A DNA stretch of 64,000 nucleotides, taken from the NCBI GenBank assembly GCA_025061115.1, contig JANZKC010000003.1, positions 96,001-160,000 on the forward strand, read 5' to 3'. This document shows, piece after piece, positions 10,428 to 20,017 of this stretch (positions are counted from its first letter, which is position 1; each line of letters begins with the position of its first letter). A program made the position numbers and the translations under genes. The notes below the pieces were generated by a model that saw only the letters and a list, made by a program, of their open reading frames with translations, did no database searches and was not told the DNA's origin. This DNA is from Candidatus Culexmicrobium cathedralense (lineage in GTDB: Archaea > Thermoproteota > Methanomethylicia > Culexarchaeales > Culexmicrobiaceae).

Positions 10428-12297
10428 GGGTTATGCTGGTAAATTCCTTGAAATAAACTTGAGTCAAGAGAAGATTTCCGAGATAACGTTTGAAGAGGAA
10501 GTTCTCCAACAATATGTTGGTGGAAGGGGCCTTGCAGCTAAAGTTTTATGGGACAGGCTTGGGAGCAGGTGGGATGAAGTAGATCCTCTTAGCCCTGAGA
10601 ATCTGTTGATAATATTTTCAGGGCCGCTAACAGGCTTTTATCCAGGAGGGCGAGTATGCGTTTCAGGTAAGTCTCCGCAAAGCAATGGTATCGTTGGATC
10701 TACGGTGGGCGGGGAATTCGGCATAGAGTTGAAGTGTTCAGGGTATGATGGCATCATTATTAGTGGAGCTGCAAGCAGCCCAGTATACATCTTCATCAAA
10801 GATGATAAGGTTGAAATTAGGGATGCTTCGCATGTTTGGGGGAAGGATGGCAAGCAAACTGTGAAGATTCTAACTCGAGAACTGAGAAGTGAGCTGGAGA
10901 GGAGCTACCCTAGATATGGGAAGTGGAAGGAGCCAGCATTGCTTTACATTGGGCCGGCTGGAGAGAGCAAATGTAGAATAGCTACTGTAATGGCTAAGTG
11001 GACTCACGCGGCAGGGTATGGTGGGTATGGAGCTGTAATGGGCTCAAAGAACTTGAAGGCAATAGCAGTGAAAGGAACTGGTCCTCTTCCGGACGTTTAT
11101 AACCCAATTAAGGTGCACCTATTAATGCATGAAGTTTTCAACGCCTGCATAGCGAGAGATGGAATGAGGCGATGGGGGACTGGAAGTGCAGGCTATTATG
11201 TAGGTTATGCGCTTAGCTCTGAGCCTGTGAGAAATTGGCAGGAAGAATGGCATGATGAGAAAAGCTTCGGCGTTGATAAGTTTGAGCGCAAAGTTTGGGT
11301 TAAGAGGTATTGGGGCGATTATGGCTGTCCAACTACTTGCCTTAAAATAGCTGTCGTAAGATCTGGACCTTTCGCTGGAGCGATAACCGACAATCCAGAT
11401 TATGAATTGCAAGCATATTTAGGAACTAACCTCGGCATCTTCACTCCAGAAGGAAACGTTTATGTTTCATCAATAATAGATGACTTGGGATTATGTGGAA
11501 TAAATGCTGGAAACGTACTTGGATTTGCCGCAGAACTTTATCAGCGTGGAATATTAAGTAAAGAAGATTTAGGTGGAATAGAACTAAAGTGGGGCGATCC
11601 TAAAGCCTTTGCAGAATTAGCAATTAAAATCGCGAAAAGAGAAGGCATTGGAGACGTTTTAGCTGAAGGAACGTACAGAGCTGCCTTAAAGATAAGTGAA
11701 ATGAAAGGAGTAGATGTTATGAAGTACGCAGTCCAAGTAAAGGGAATTGCAGTTGGAGCTCATGGAATTAGAAGTGGATTAGATTATCCAACTCCAATTG
11801 CATATGCCTGCTCAGTTCAGGGTGGAGACCACACGTCGGTTGCTAGATTACCCATTCATTCCCATGGAAGTGAAGTCATAAGATCGCTTCTCGACTCGGC
11901 AGTAATATGCATATTCAACTATTTCGCAGATCCAACTTTATTCTGGAAATTCTTTGAAGCAGTTACTGGATGGAGCCTCACGCCAGAGCGATGGGCTTCA
12001 GAGGATGGATTAAGGATAATACAAATACAGAGGGCAGCTTTACTCCTTGGAGGTCCAGATTTTACATGGAACCCGCAAATTCACGATGATAATCCGCCGA
12101 GGTTCTACGAGCCTTTACCATCAGGGCCCTATAAGGGACAAGCAGCTGATAAGGATGAAGTTGAAAAACTGAAGAAGGAATACTATGAAACTGTTGGCTG
12201 GGATGATAAGGGCATTCCAAAGAGCGACATGCTGAGAAAGCTTGGATTGGAAAGCGTTGATAAAGCACTAGATAAAGTTAGGAGGAAATATGAATGA
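10420..12297 (+). CDS. tungsten-dependent aldehyde:ferredoxin oxidoreductase family protein (WOR), large subunit
   Basis: GYAGKFLEINLS, YVGGRGLA, KSPQSNG, GAVMGSKNLKAI, DDLGL, YYETVGWD. Likely start GTG 10420; the ORF-track start at 10294 lies inside the upstream gene. Confidence 0.93.
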   Translation: MSRGYAGKFLEINLSQEKISEITFEEEVLQQYVGGRGLAAKVLWDRLGSRWDEVDPLSPENLLIIFSGPLTGFYPGGRVCVSGKSPQSNGIVGSTVGGEFGIELKCSGYDGIIISGAASSPVYIFIKDDKVEIRDASHVWGKDGKQTVKILTRELRSELERSYPRYGKWKEPALLYIGPAGESKCRIATVMAKWTHAAGYGGYGAVMGSKNLKAIAVKGTGPLPDVYNPIKVHLLMHEVFNACIARDGMRRWGTGSAGYYVGYALSSEPVRNWQEEWHDEKSFGVDKFERKVWVKRYWGDYGCPTTCLKIAVVRSGPFAGAITDNPDYELQAYLGTNLGIFTPEGNVYVSSIIDDLGLCGINAGNVLGFAAELYQRGILSKEDLGGIELKWGDPKAFAELAIKIAKREGIGDVLAEGTYRAALKISEMKGVDVMKYAVQVKGIAVGAHGIRSGLDYPTPIAYACSVQGGDHTSVARLPIHSHGSEVIRSLLDSAVICIFNYFADPTLFWKFFEAVTGWSLTPERWASEDGLRIIQIQRAALLLGGPDFTWNPQIHDDNPPRFYEPLPSGPYKGQAADKDEVEKLKKEYYETVGWDDKGIPKSDMLRKLGLESVDKALDKVRRKYE

Positions 12298-12812
12298 GCG
12301 CATATGAAACGATTCTCAAAAGAAGAAGCATTAGAGCTTATAGGAAGAGCGAGCTAACTAAAGAGCAACTATTAAAGCTCTTAAATGCTGCGAGAATGGC
12401 TCCAAGTGCAAGAAACTTGCAGCCATGGCACTTCATCGTAGTACTGGATGAAGAATTAAAACGTAAAATGGTTCCAATATGCAGAAATCAAAAATTTGTT
12501 GGAGATGCAGCATGCCTAATAGTAGGTCTCGCAGATGTGGAAGCATCTCCAAAATGGTCGAAAGTAGATGTGACAATAGCCTTAGAGCACATCGTCCTAG
12601 TAGCACAAGAATTAGGACTAGGAACCTGCTGGATAGGGGCATTTGAAGAAAATGAAGTTAAAAAATTGCTGAAGATACCTGACAAATTCAAAATAGTTGC
12701 AATAATTTCAATTGGTTACCCAGCGGAACAACCTCCACAAAAGCCAAGGAAGCCCCTCAAAGAAATATACTCAATTAACTACTATGGAAATCCACATAAA
12801 CCAATTAACTAA
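12294..12812 (+). CDS. nitroreductase family flavoprotein
   Basis: RRSIRAY, APSARNLQPWHF, LGLGTCWIG; ATGA overlap with the WOR gene. Confidence 0.92.
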   Translation: MSAYETILKRRSIRAYRKSELTKEQLLKLLNAARMAPSARNLQPWHFIVVLDEELKRKMVPICRNQKFVGDAACLIVGLADVEASPKWSKVDVTIALEHIVLVAQELGLGTCWIGAFEENEVKKLLKIPDKFKIVAIISIGYPAEQPPQKPRKPLKEIYSINYYGNPHKPIN

Positions 12813-12833
12813 CAATGGGAGCGAGAAAACGCC

Positions 12834-13106
12834 GTGAGCAAATATGAAATTGAAAGAATGGCGAGAGAAGCAGCAGAAAGATATAATAAGTATAGAGCCC
12901 CAGAAGCAATGATCAAATTATTATCAGTTAAAGATAACGCCATTGAAGCATTAATATCGGGATCATTCTGCAGAAGCTGCGGCTTATACGACTGGATTGA
13001 AGATTACAAATACGAGTTAATGGACATGATTGGAACGCAGATTGAAATAGTTTACATAGAACAAGTCAATGAGGAATCATTTAAAGTTAAATTTAAAATA
13101 AAATAA
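12834..13106 (+). CDS. small CxxC protein, NifU/NfuA C-terminal-like
   Basis: IKLLSVKDNAIEALISGSFCRSCG resembles the NifU-C V.L..V....V.V.L.GACxxC pattern. Confidence 0.55.
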   Translation: MSKYEIERMAREAAERYNKYRAPEAMIKLLSVKDNAIEALISGSFCRSCGLYDWIEDYKYELMDMIGTQIEIVYIEQVNEESFKVKFKIK

Positions 13107-13116
13107 TTTTTATTTT

Positions 13117-14484
13117 TTAGATTTTCTTAACTAGCTTGTACCTTTCATATATCATTTCGACTTTATCCTCTTTAATCGTAAATTCAATAGTGTGTCTTCT
13201 CCAGTTGGATATGGTATAGAAGGTGGATTTCTCTTCTTTAACTTCAACTGGAATTAGTGGTATTGTTATTTCAGTAAATTTATCTCTAATCACTGCAATA
13301 AGGAAGTTACCCTTTCTTTTTACATCGATATTCATGGTGCCCTTGTACGTTTCGTACATTCCTTGAAGTTTACTCAGAATTCTATCTTTCTTGATTATTG
13401 GTAGTTCTTCTGGATTAACTCCTAGGAGGTAAGCTATGACGTACATCCCAATATTGGATAATGGATATCCGCTTGAATTAGCTAGAATTGCAACTCCAAT
13501 TTTCTTCTCAGGCACGTATCCCACGTAGGCTGTGTGAACTAGTACTGAGCCTGAGTGATTTATGAGCTTGTAACCGTAGAAGTTTGGTATGATGCCCCAC
13601 CCATAACCGTAGGATTCGCCGCCGAACAATTCGTATGGTAGGCGAATGTGCTCCGTCTCCATAACTTCAAGTAGATCTTTGCTTATGATTCTTTTTCCCT
13701 CGAATTCGCCTCTACCGATGTACATTTTAATGTAGTTTGATAAATCAATTACATTGCTAATAAGGCCTCCATCTGAGGTTATACCATATGGAAATCTGCT
13801 TGGAACGTGTTTTCCATTCTTATCGACGATGTAAGGCGTAGCAAAATCTCCATCAGCTTCAACTTCGACTTTAGAGAAATACGTTCTATTCATTTTCAGG
13901 GGCTTCAAGATTTTCTCCTTAACGTATTCTTCGTATTTAATTCCGCTTACTTTTGAGATTATGTAGCCTAAAAGCACGTAGCCTTCATTGAGGTAAAAGA
14001 ACTTTTCACCCGGCTTGCAATGCACCCACTTATCGGCTTCTTTCATAAAAGTGATAATATCATCTGGCGTTGCAACTGGAAGCCAATGCCCGTCCAAGCC
14101 TAAAACTCCTCTAATGAATGCTTCTGCATAAGCTAGTGCTGGTATGCCTGAAGTGTGAGTTAAAAGATTGTGTATTTTTATTTCTTCGCCAAAAGGCCTA
14201 ATCCTTAAGGGAACGTACTTTTCAATGGAGTCTTCAAGATTAACTTTACCTTCCTCTACGAGTTTCAATATAGCAAGTGCAGTGAATGATTTGGTTACCG
14301 AGCCTATTCCAAATAGAGTTCTTGGAGTTACTGAAACTCCAGAAGATAAATCTTTAAAGCCAAAACCCCTAACATAGGCGAGTTCATCCTCTTTGACAAT
14401 GGCGATGCTAAGCCCAGGAATTCTGGTTTCGCTCATTTTTTCGAGGATAAATTTTTCGCAGATGCTAAAGTTTTCATGCTTCAT
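13117..14484 (-). CDS. serine hydrolase, beta-lactamase family (Pab87/CubicO-like peptidase)
   Basis: SxxK (GSVTKSFT), LLTHTSG, YxN (YLN), HSG triad, C-terminal beta-rich domain as in Pyrococcus Pab87. Confidence 0.88.
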   Translation of the reverse strand: MKHENFSICEKFILEKMSETRIPGLSIAIVKEDELAYVRGFGFKDLSSGVSVTPRTLFGIGSVTKSFTALAILKLVEEGKVNLEDSIEKYVPLRIRPFGEEIKIHNLLTHTSGIPALAYAEAFIRGVLGLDGHWLPVATPDDIITFMKEADKWVHCKPGEKFFYLNEGYVLLGYIISKVSGIKYEEYVKEKILKPLKMNRTYFSKVEVEADGDFATPYIVDKNGKHVPSRFPYGITSDGGLISNVIDLSNYIKMYIGRGEFEGKRIISKDLLEVMETEHIRLPYELFGGESYGYGWGIIPNFYGYKLINHSGSVLVHTAYVGYVPEKKIGVAILANSSGYPLSNIGMYVIAYLLGVNPEELPIIKKDRILSKLQGMYETYKGTMNIDVKRKGNFLIAVIRDKFTEITIPLIPVEVKEEKSTFYTISNWRRHTIEFTIKEDKVEMIYERYKLVKKI

Positions 14485-15143
14485 GATTTCACCAAATATT
14501 ATTTTGAATTATCTTAGTTATATATTAGTGTAGTTCCAAGCTACTTAAGCTAGATTCTTAATATTTTGCTCATTAAATTTAACTCCACTTTAATGCTATT
14601 TCAATGATGATTTAAATAGAATTTATAACACAATAAGAATTAATGGAAGAGAAAATCCTAAGCGACCCAACCTTAAGGCTCCCTTTAGCAGAAACTCAAG
14701 TGAAAGCACTGAAAATCAGTACATCTAAGCAATCAAAACCTCTACGAAGTATACAACACAAAATCATTGGAATTGATTTCAAAATAGAGGTAGAAAAATA
14801 TGTTCCATCAAAAATCAAATGTAATGGGAGACTTTGCCTTGATACACTCAATAGTTAAAATAAGGCAAATAAAAAGCAATATGAGAAAAATACTAATAGA
14901 TCAAAAATACAAAGATACCCGGATTAATGGAAGAACAGTAGCAAATTATAGAAGAATTAACAAGAAGAATTGATTTTTGTAGCAAGAAATTGCATATAAA
15001 CTTACGGCATTTCAGCAATCTCAGCCCTTCAATTTTTCATGATAAATGCAAATTTTGATGGAAGTTTCACATCAGCACTTTGCGATAAAATAGTCAATGC
15101 AAACTTATATCCTTCCCATTAATTTTAAATTAGTGATGGTAAT

Positions 15144-15227
15144 GGGCCGTAGGGCCTGAATCAAAGGACGAGTGCTGAGCTAACTGAACTGTGATGAAGG
15201 GGTTAACAGCTGATGACCCCCGGCCCA
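15144..15227 (+). ncRNA. box C/D guide sRNA with extended GC terminal hairpin
   Basis: C AGGACGA (15165-71), 12-nt guide GTGCTGAGCTAA, D' CTGA (15184-87), C' GTGATGA (15191-97), 12-nt guide AGGGGTTAACAG, D CTGA (15210-13); stem TCA/TGA; outer stem GGGCCG/CGGCCC; TTTTAAAT upstream. Confidence 0.8.
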
Positions 15228-15683
15228 ATTCTATTTGTGTGACTTACCGTATAAATTCTTTACTTCACCGTTTGTGCAAAAATCATGAGGGCTCTGCCAC
15301 TCAATAGTGGCATCAAATTGCTGAAATTTTTGCTCTTAATTGATTTTTGAGCTGATTCGTATTCTAGCGATTATTTAAAGTAGCTGGAAGGATTAGCTCA
15401 AGGTTTGAGGTGTGTAATTAAGAAGAGAATGGTAAATTAACTTGCTAAATACGAAGAATATTATGTTATTTGGAGATGCAGGTTAGTCAATAACTCTACA
15501 TTACTTAAATAGCCATATCTCCTTCATAGTTTGGCATGCTATCAAGTTAAACCTCCCATAATTCACCGTGGGCATTAGTTGAAAAATGAACGAAAAGAAT
15601 ATCTTGAAAAATTACTTAGCATGGGATTACACAGTATTTAAAAATTAAAGGAGATAACTGAATCATAAAAGTTGACAATATAA

Positions 15684-17354
15684 CTACACCCTATACTTGT
15701 AATAGTCATGCTTGTAATTTGTAACGATGTCGACGATTACTGGTCCTTTCGTTAGCAGTGCTTCTTCAATTGTTGATCGGAGGTCCTTCGGGTCTTCAAC
15801 TCTTAACCCTTTTGCTCCAAGTGCTTTTGCGCATTCCGCGAAGTTTATGTGCATTAGATCTACTGCGAAAAATCTGCCTCCATACCTATTTTGCTGGATT
15901 TTCCATAATATCCCATATTTTGAGTCATTCATTATTATAATTGGTAGGTCTAGCTTTTGTTCTACTGCTGTTGCTATTTCACTTAATGTCATGAGCATGC
16001 CTCCATCTCCTGATACTGCTACAACTTGCCTTTCAGGATATGCTTTCTTTGCTGCTATTGCTGCTGGGAGAGCGAATCCCATGCTTCCAAATCGTTCTGA
16101 AATTATGAATGTATTTGGAGAACGAGTTCTAAAGTATGTTTCCATCCAAACGAAGTTGCTTCCAATATCAGCCGTAAATATGGCGTCTTTTTCTGTGACT
16201 TTTTGAAGTAGATCGCATATAATTGCTGGGTGGATGGGCTTGTTTTCCAAATTCTCTTTAATTATTTCATTTAATTCTGCTTCAACCTTTTCCTTTATAC
16301 TTGAAATTCTTTCGGGTAATTTATTCCATGAGCTTTTATATTTGAATTTTATTTTTTCGCCTATTTCCTTGATCGTCTTTCTCAAAGATGGAACGTTGAT
16401 TTCCATGATGTTGTCGGATTTAAATACTCCAACTTGACCATCTTCCTGATAAATGTGTATTATCATTTTATCTTTTGTCTCGGTAAAATCTGGCATTGCT
16501 CTTACTCCTGCTTCTAATCCAAGCGTAAGGATCATATCTGCTTCATTTAATAGCTCTTTAACTAGTGGGTGAGTGGTTCTTCTAAATGCTGAGCTAAAGC
16601 AGTATCCTACATTTAGTGGGTGATTGAATGGTATGGCGCTTCTTCCCCACCTCGAGTTGAATATAGGTGCATTTATGTTTTCAGCTAATTTTGTAGCTTC
16701 AATCCAGCTGAATGTCCTTAAAACTCCCTTACCTACTATGATGACTGGCTTACTTGACGATGCTATTGCTTTAATTATTTCATCGAAATCTACTCTTTCG
16801 TTCTTGTCCTCTGCTATTTTTGCCTCGTCTGCTTTGTAGTTGACTTCAATTTGAAGTATGTCTACTGGTATGGATAAATGAACAGGTCCGCTTCTACCTG
16901 TCGTAGCTATTTTGAATGCTTTGTGTATTGCTTTTGGAATTTCTTCTGGTTTTTCTATTGTTCTGCTCCACTTTGTTATTGGTGCAAATATTTTTTGAAG
17001 GTAATGCCAGTCATCTACTCCATGGAATGGTTGAATTCTATCTTGCGTTGAGCAGTGTCCCGTTATGTGTAGCATTGGTGATGCGGCTGCATATGCTCCT
17101 GCAACTCCAGTTACCGTATTTGTGGCTCCTGGACCTGCTGTAACTAGGCATGTTCCTGGCTTGCCTGTTAGTCTTCCATAAGCATCAGCCATGACAGCCG
17201 CTGCATTTTCATGTTTAACAAGTATATGCTCTATGCTTGAAGTTCTCAGCACATCGTAAATGTCCAGTATATTGTAACCTGGAAGTCCAAATATCAACGT
17301 GACATTATTTTCTTCAAGTGCCTTAACGAGTGCCTCCGCACTTTTCACTAACAA
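15684..17354 (-). CDS. thiamine diphosphate-dependent enzyme (acetolactate synthase large subunit-like)
   Basis: IFGLPG, HENAAAVMADAYGR, GPGATN, GSMGFALPAAIAA, GDGG...ND ThDP motif; no regulatory small subunit adjacent. Confidence 0.88.
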   Translation of the reverse strand: MLVKSAEALVKALEENNVTLIFGLPGYNILDIYDVLRTSSIEHILVKHENAAAVMADAYGRLTGKPGTCLVTAGPGATNTVTGVAGAYAAASPMLHITGHCSTQDRIQPFHGVDDWHYLQKIFAPITKWSRTIEKPEEIPKAIHKAFKIATTGRSGPVHLSIPVDILQIEVNYKADEAKIAEDKNERVDFDEIIKAIASSSKPVIIVGKGVLRTFSWIEATKLAENINAPIFNSRWGRSAIPFNHPLNVGYCFSSAFRRTTHPLVKELLNEADMILTLGLEAGVRAMPDFTETKDKMIIHIYQEDGQVGVFKSDNIMEINVPSLRKTIKEIGEKIKFKYKSSWNKLPERISSIKEKVEAELNEIIKENLENKPIHPAIICDLLQKVTEKDAIFTADIGSNFVWMETYFRTRSPNTFIISERFGSMGFALPAAIAAKKAYPERQVVAVSGDGGMLMTLSEIATAVEQKLDLPIIIMNDSKYGILWKIQQNRYGGRFFAVDLMHINFAECAKALGAKGLRVEDPKDLRSTIEEALLTKGPVIVDIVTNYKHDYYKYRV

Positions 17355-17529
17355 TCACCAATATTAGTATGCTTATTTTATGCTTATAATTTTATTATGA
17401 GCTATAATGTTAGAGCTCATGTGGTGCTTTAAAATTAGGTATCATTATTTAAGCGTAAAATTGATTTACACTTCATTTGCACATTAATTCGAAATGTCTA
17501 TATTTAGATTTTAACAAGATTGGGGAAAA

Positions 17530-17769
17530 GTGATTTGCTTAAGGAGAGTTGTGTCCATATCGCTGCTCACAACTTTTCTAGCTTCAACAATTAGCGGCTT
17601 ACTTATGCTTTTAATTCCAAGGAGAGTTAAAGGAGCATATTTTTTCTTGGATTCTAGGTTTTTTTGGAGTGATTTGAATACATACGCTTCGATTTTTATG
17701 ATAGTCTTAGGAATTATTTGCATATACTTGAATTGGAGAGCTTTACTTAGCTATTTTAAGTTTCGCTAG
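17530..17769 (+). CDS. small two-TM membrane protein (DUF4405-like)
   Basis: Two hydrophobic helices, ISGLL...W..L...ASI......I.LNW pattern. Confidence 0.55.
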   Translation: MICLRRVVSISLLTTFLASTISGLLMLLIPRRVKGAYFFLDSRFFWSDLNTYASIFMIVLGIICIYLNWRALLSYFKFR

Positions 17770-17811
17770 CTATTTCAATTTTAATAATAAACATTAGTTG
17801 AGGTTTTATGA

Positions 17812-18498
17812 GTGGTGGTGATGGATATTAGGTTTAGCTCAGTTATACTAGCTGGCGGAGAATCTAAGAGACTTGGACGATATAAGCCAACTGTTAAGCT
17901 ACTTGATAAACCCCTTTTACTTTACGTCATCGATGCTCTGCTACCTATATCTCGTGAAGTTATTATCGTACTTAAAAATTCGATGCAGAGGGTGTTTCTG
18001 GCCGATTTCATCGAAAAATTAAATTCACCGAAAATAAGGTTCACCTACGATGTAAGTGGTATAAATGGTATTCTGGCTGGAGTTAAAGCTGGGTTGCAGG
18101 CTTCGAAGGAGTCGGCGGTCTTTCTAACTGGCTGTGATTTACCTTTAATGAATTCGAAGGTGGTCGAGTTGATAATGTCTAATCTCATTAAGCTTAATGT
18201 AAATGCAGTGGTTCCCATGTGGAATAATGGGTTTATAGAGCCTTTATATGCTGGGTATATGGTTTCCTCAACTTTAAGGGCGGTTGATGAAGCAATTAAT
18301 TTTGGTGAGAAGTCGTTTAGAGATTTGCTTAAAAGACTTAATGTTAATTATCTTTCCGCTGAGCAACTAGTTGATGTTGCTGGCTGTCAGACTTTCTTAA
18401 ACATTAATTCTCAAGAGGATCTTCATCTTGCTGAAAGGCTTTTGCTAACCTCTTCTTCGATGAGTTGTGACGATGCTGATTACATCTCGATCTCTTAA
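17812..18498 (+). CDS. mobA: molybdenum/tungsten cofactor guanylyltransferase
   Basis: ILAGGESKRLG..K, GILAG, CDLP, EPLYA.Y, FLNINS.EDL. Confidence 0.88.
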   Translation: MVVMDIRFSSVILAGGESKRLGRYKPTVKLLDKPLLLYVIDALLPISREVIIVLKNSMQRVFLADFIEKLNSPKIRFTYDVSGINGILAGVKAGLQASKESAVFLTGCDLPLMNSKVVELIMSNLIKLNVNAVVPMWNNGFIEPLYAGYMVSSTLRAVDEAINFGEKSFRDLLKRLNVNYLSAEQLVDVAGCQTFLNINSQEDLHLAERLLLTSSSMSCDDADYISIS

Positions 18499-19662
18499 AA
18501 TGTAATCTTTTGGAAGTCTAATGCCTGTTTTTGCGTCAATAGCGTATATTACGCCTTTTGCTAATTCGCTGTGAATCTCCCTTGCTAAGTCTAGGACAGT
18601 CGAGTTAGGAGGCATTAAAAATGCATCTGGAAGCACGTTTCCATGCTTATCTGATAGCTTAACTGGGTCTTCAACTGGATATACTACGTTCATTTTTAGG
18701 AGTTTGAAGACAGCAATGTTTAATGCTTGCTGAACGCCTGTCCTAAATATTTTTCCCATAACCCTGTTTTGCACATAATTTAATGCCCACCTTTGCTTTG
18801 GAGTTAAATTAGCATCATTGACAACCCTGAAAACTTCAGTTCCAGGCACGTACTCTATTAGTCCTGATCGCTCTGCTCGCCTTAAGGCTAGCTCAGCCTC
18901 AGCACTGCATGGAACTACCAACGATCTTCCAAATTCTTCGACAAGTTTTTCGTAGTTTTCTTCAGCTGGTCCCAAGTCCATTTTATTTGCCACAATGAGA
19001 GTTGGTTTAGCTCTTATTCTAAGTTCGTAAGCTAATTTTTCATAATCTGCCTCACTCCACCTTTCAATGGGCTTATCCTCAACTTCAGCTGCTGCAAGGG
19101 AATCAATAATGTGCTGCTTTGTTACTTTCATTCCTGAAAGTACCTTGTGAAGTGCATCTACTATGGCATGCCTTCCGCCTTTAATTAATCTTTCAACGCG
19201 ATTTTTATTCATTTTTAATACTCGCTTAAACCATTGGATTAGTTCATACTCTACTTCATAGAAGTCAGCTATGGGATTTCCGAGTCCTGGCTCGCAGATT
19301 TTTCCTTCAGCGTCTATGCTTCCAGACGCATCTACTACATGTAATAATGCATCAGCTTGCATGGCTACACTTAAAAATTGATTGCCTAATCCCCTGCCAA
19401 GGTATGCCCCCTTAATAAGTCCCGGGAGATCTATTAGTTCGATTGGGATGAATCTCCATCCATTGATGCAAGTGGAATTTTTTGGGTTATCTTTAACTTT
19501 GAATTCTCTGCATACGCATAGTGTTTGAACATATGCCAATCCTATGTTTGGCTTCTTAGTTGTAAAAGGATACGTAGATATTTCAGCTTTCAAGAGGGTT
19601 GCTGCATTGAAAAATGTAGTTTTTCCAGTGTTAGTTTTTCCTATCAGTCCAATTCGAATCAA
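18445..19662 (-). CDS. OBG-family NTPase, archaeal YchF/Ygr210 type, with TGS domain
   Basis: G1 GKTNTGKTT, YPFTT, DLPG, GLGNQFL, G4 NKMD, C-terminal TGS (DLAREIHSEL). Confidence 0.9.
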   Translation of the reverse strand: MIRIGLIGKTNTGKTTFFNAATLLKAEISTYPFTTKKPNIGLAYVQTLCVCREFKVKDNPKNSTCINGWRFIPIELIDLPGLIKGAYLGRGLGNQFLSVAMQADALLHVVDASGSIDAEGKICEPGLGNPIADFYEVEYELIQWFKRVLKMNKNRVERLIKGGRHAIVDALHKVLSGMKVTKQHIIDSLAAAEVEDKPIERWSEADYEKLAYELRIRAKPTLIVANKMDLGPAEENYEKLVEEFGRSLVVPCSAEAELALRRAERSGLIEYVPGTEVFRVVNDANLTPKQRWALNYVQNRVMGKIFRTGVQQALNIAVFKLLKMNVVYPVEDPVKLSDKHGNVLPDAFLMPPNSTVLDLAREIHSELAKGVIYAIDAKTGIRLPKDYILRDRDVISIVTTHRRRG

Positions 19663-20017
19663 TTTTTGTCCTCCTAGTAACTCGTATTGCAGTCCGTGTC
19701 ATATTAGGTTCTCGGTAATTAAGCGAGGATAAAGTTGCTTTTATATAAATGTTTTTCTAAGTGAATTAATGTTCATAATAGTTCAGATTTAAGAATTAAT
19801 TTAAGTGTTGTTATTATTTTACTATCATATTAATTACGAATTTTAAAGTTAATAATTTTAAGTTTTTAATAGTGGCTTCATTGCTGCTTATCGCATAATA
19901 GGTAAAGTGCTATTTTCTTAACTTTTCCGCGCGCCTTATCTTGTTTTGACCTGTAGTTAGTTTTGGACGTGAAGCTGCGTTATTTAGGTAAATGGCATTT
20001 GATGGATCTTTAGTAGT

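Noticed and set aside
14643-14858. 71-aa ORF as a real gene or transposase
   Set aside because: No recognisable motif; lies within eroded sequence.
15189-15221. fluoride riboswitch-like GATG...GCTGATGACCCC
   Set aside because: Lacks the P2 hairpin and linker and has no downstream gene; box C/D spacing fits better.
15144-15227. tRNA gene (GGGCCG...CGGCCCA ends; TAGCTCAG and CTGTTAACC on the minus strand)
   Set aside because: No T-arm GTTCRA and the tRNA-like pieces are in the wrong order; they are better explained as antisense guides of a C/D sRNA.
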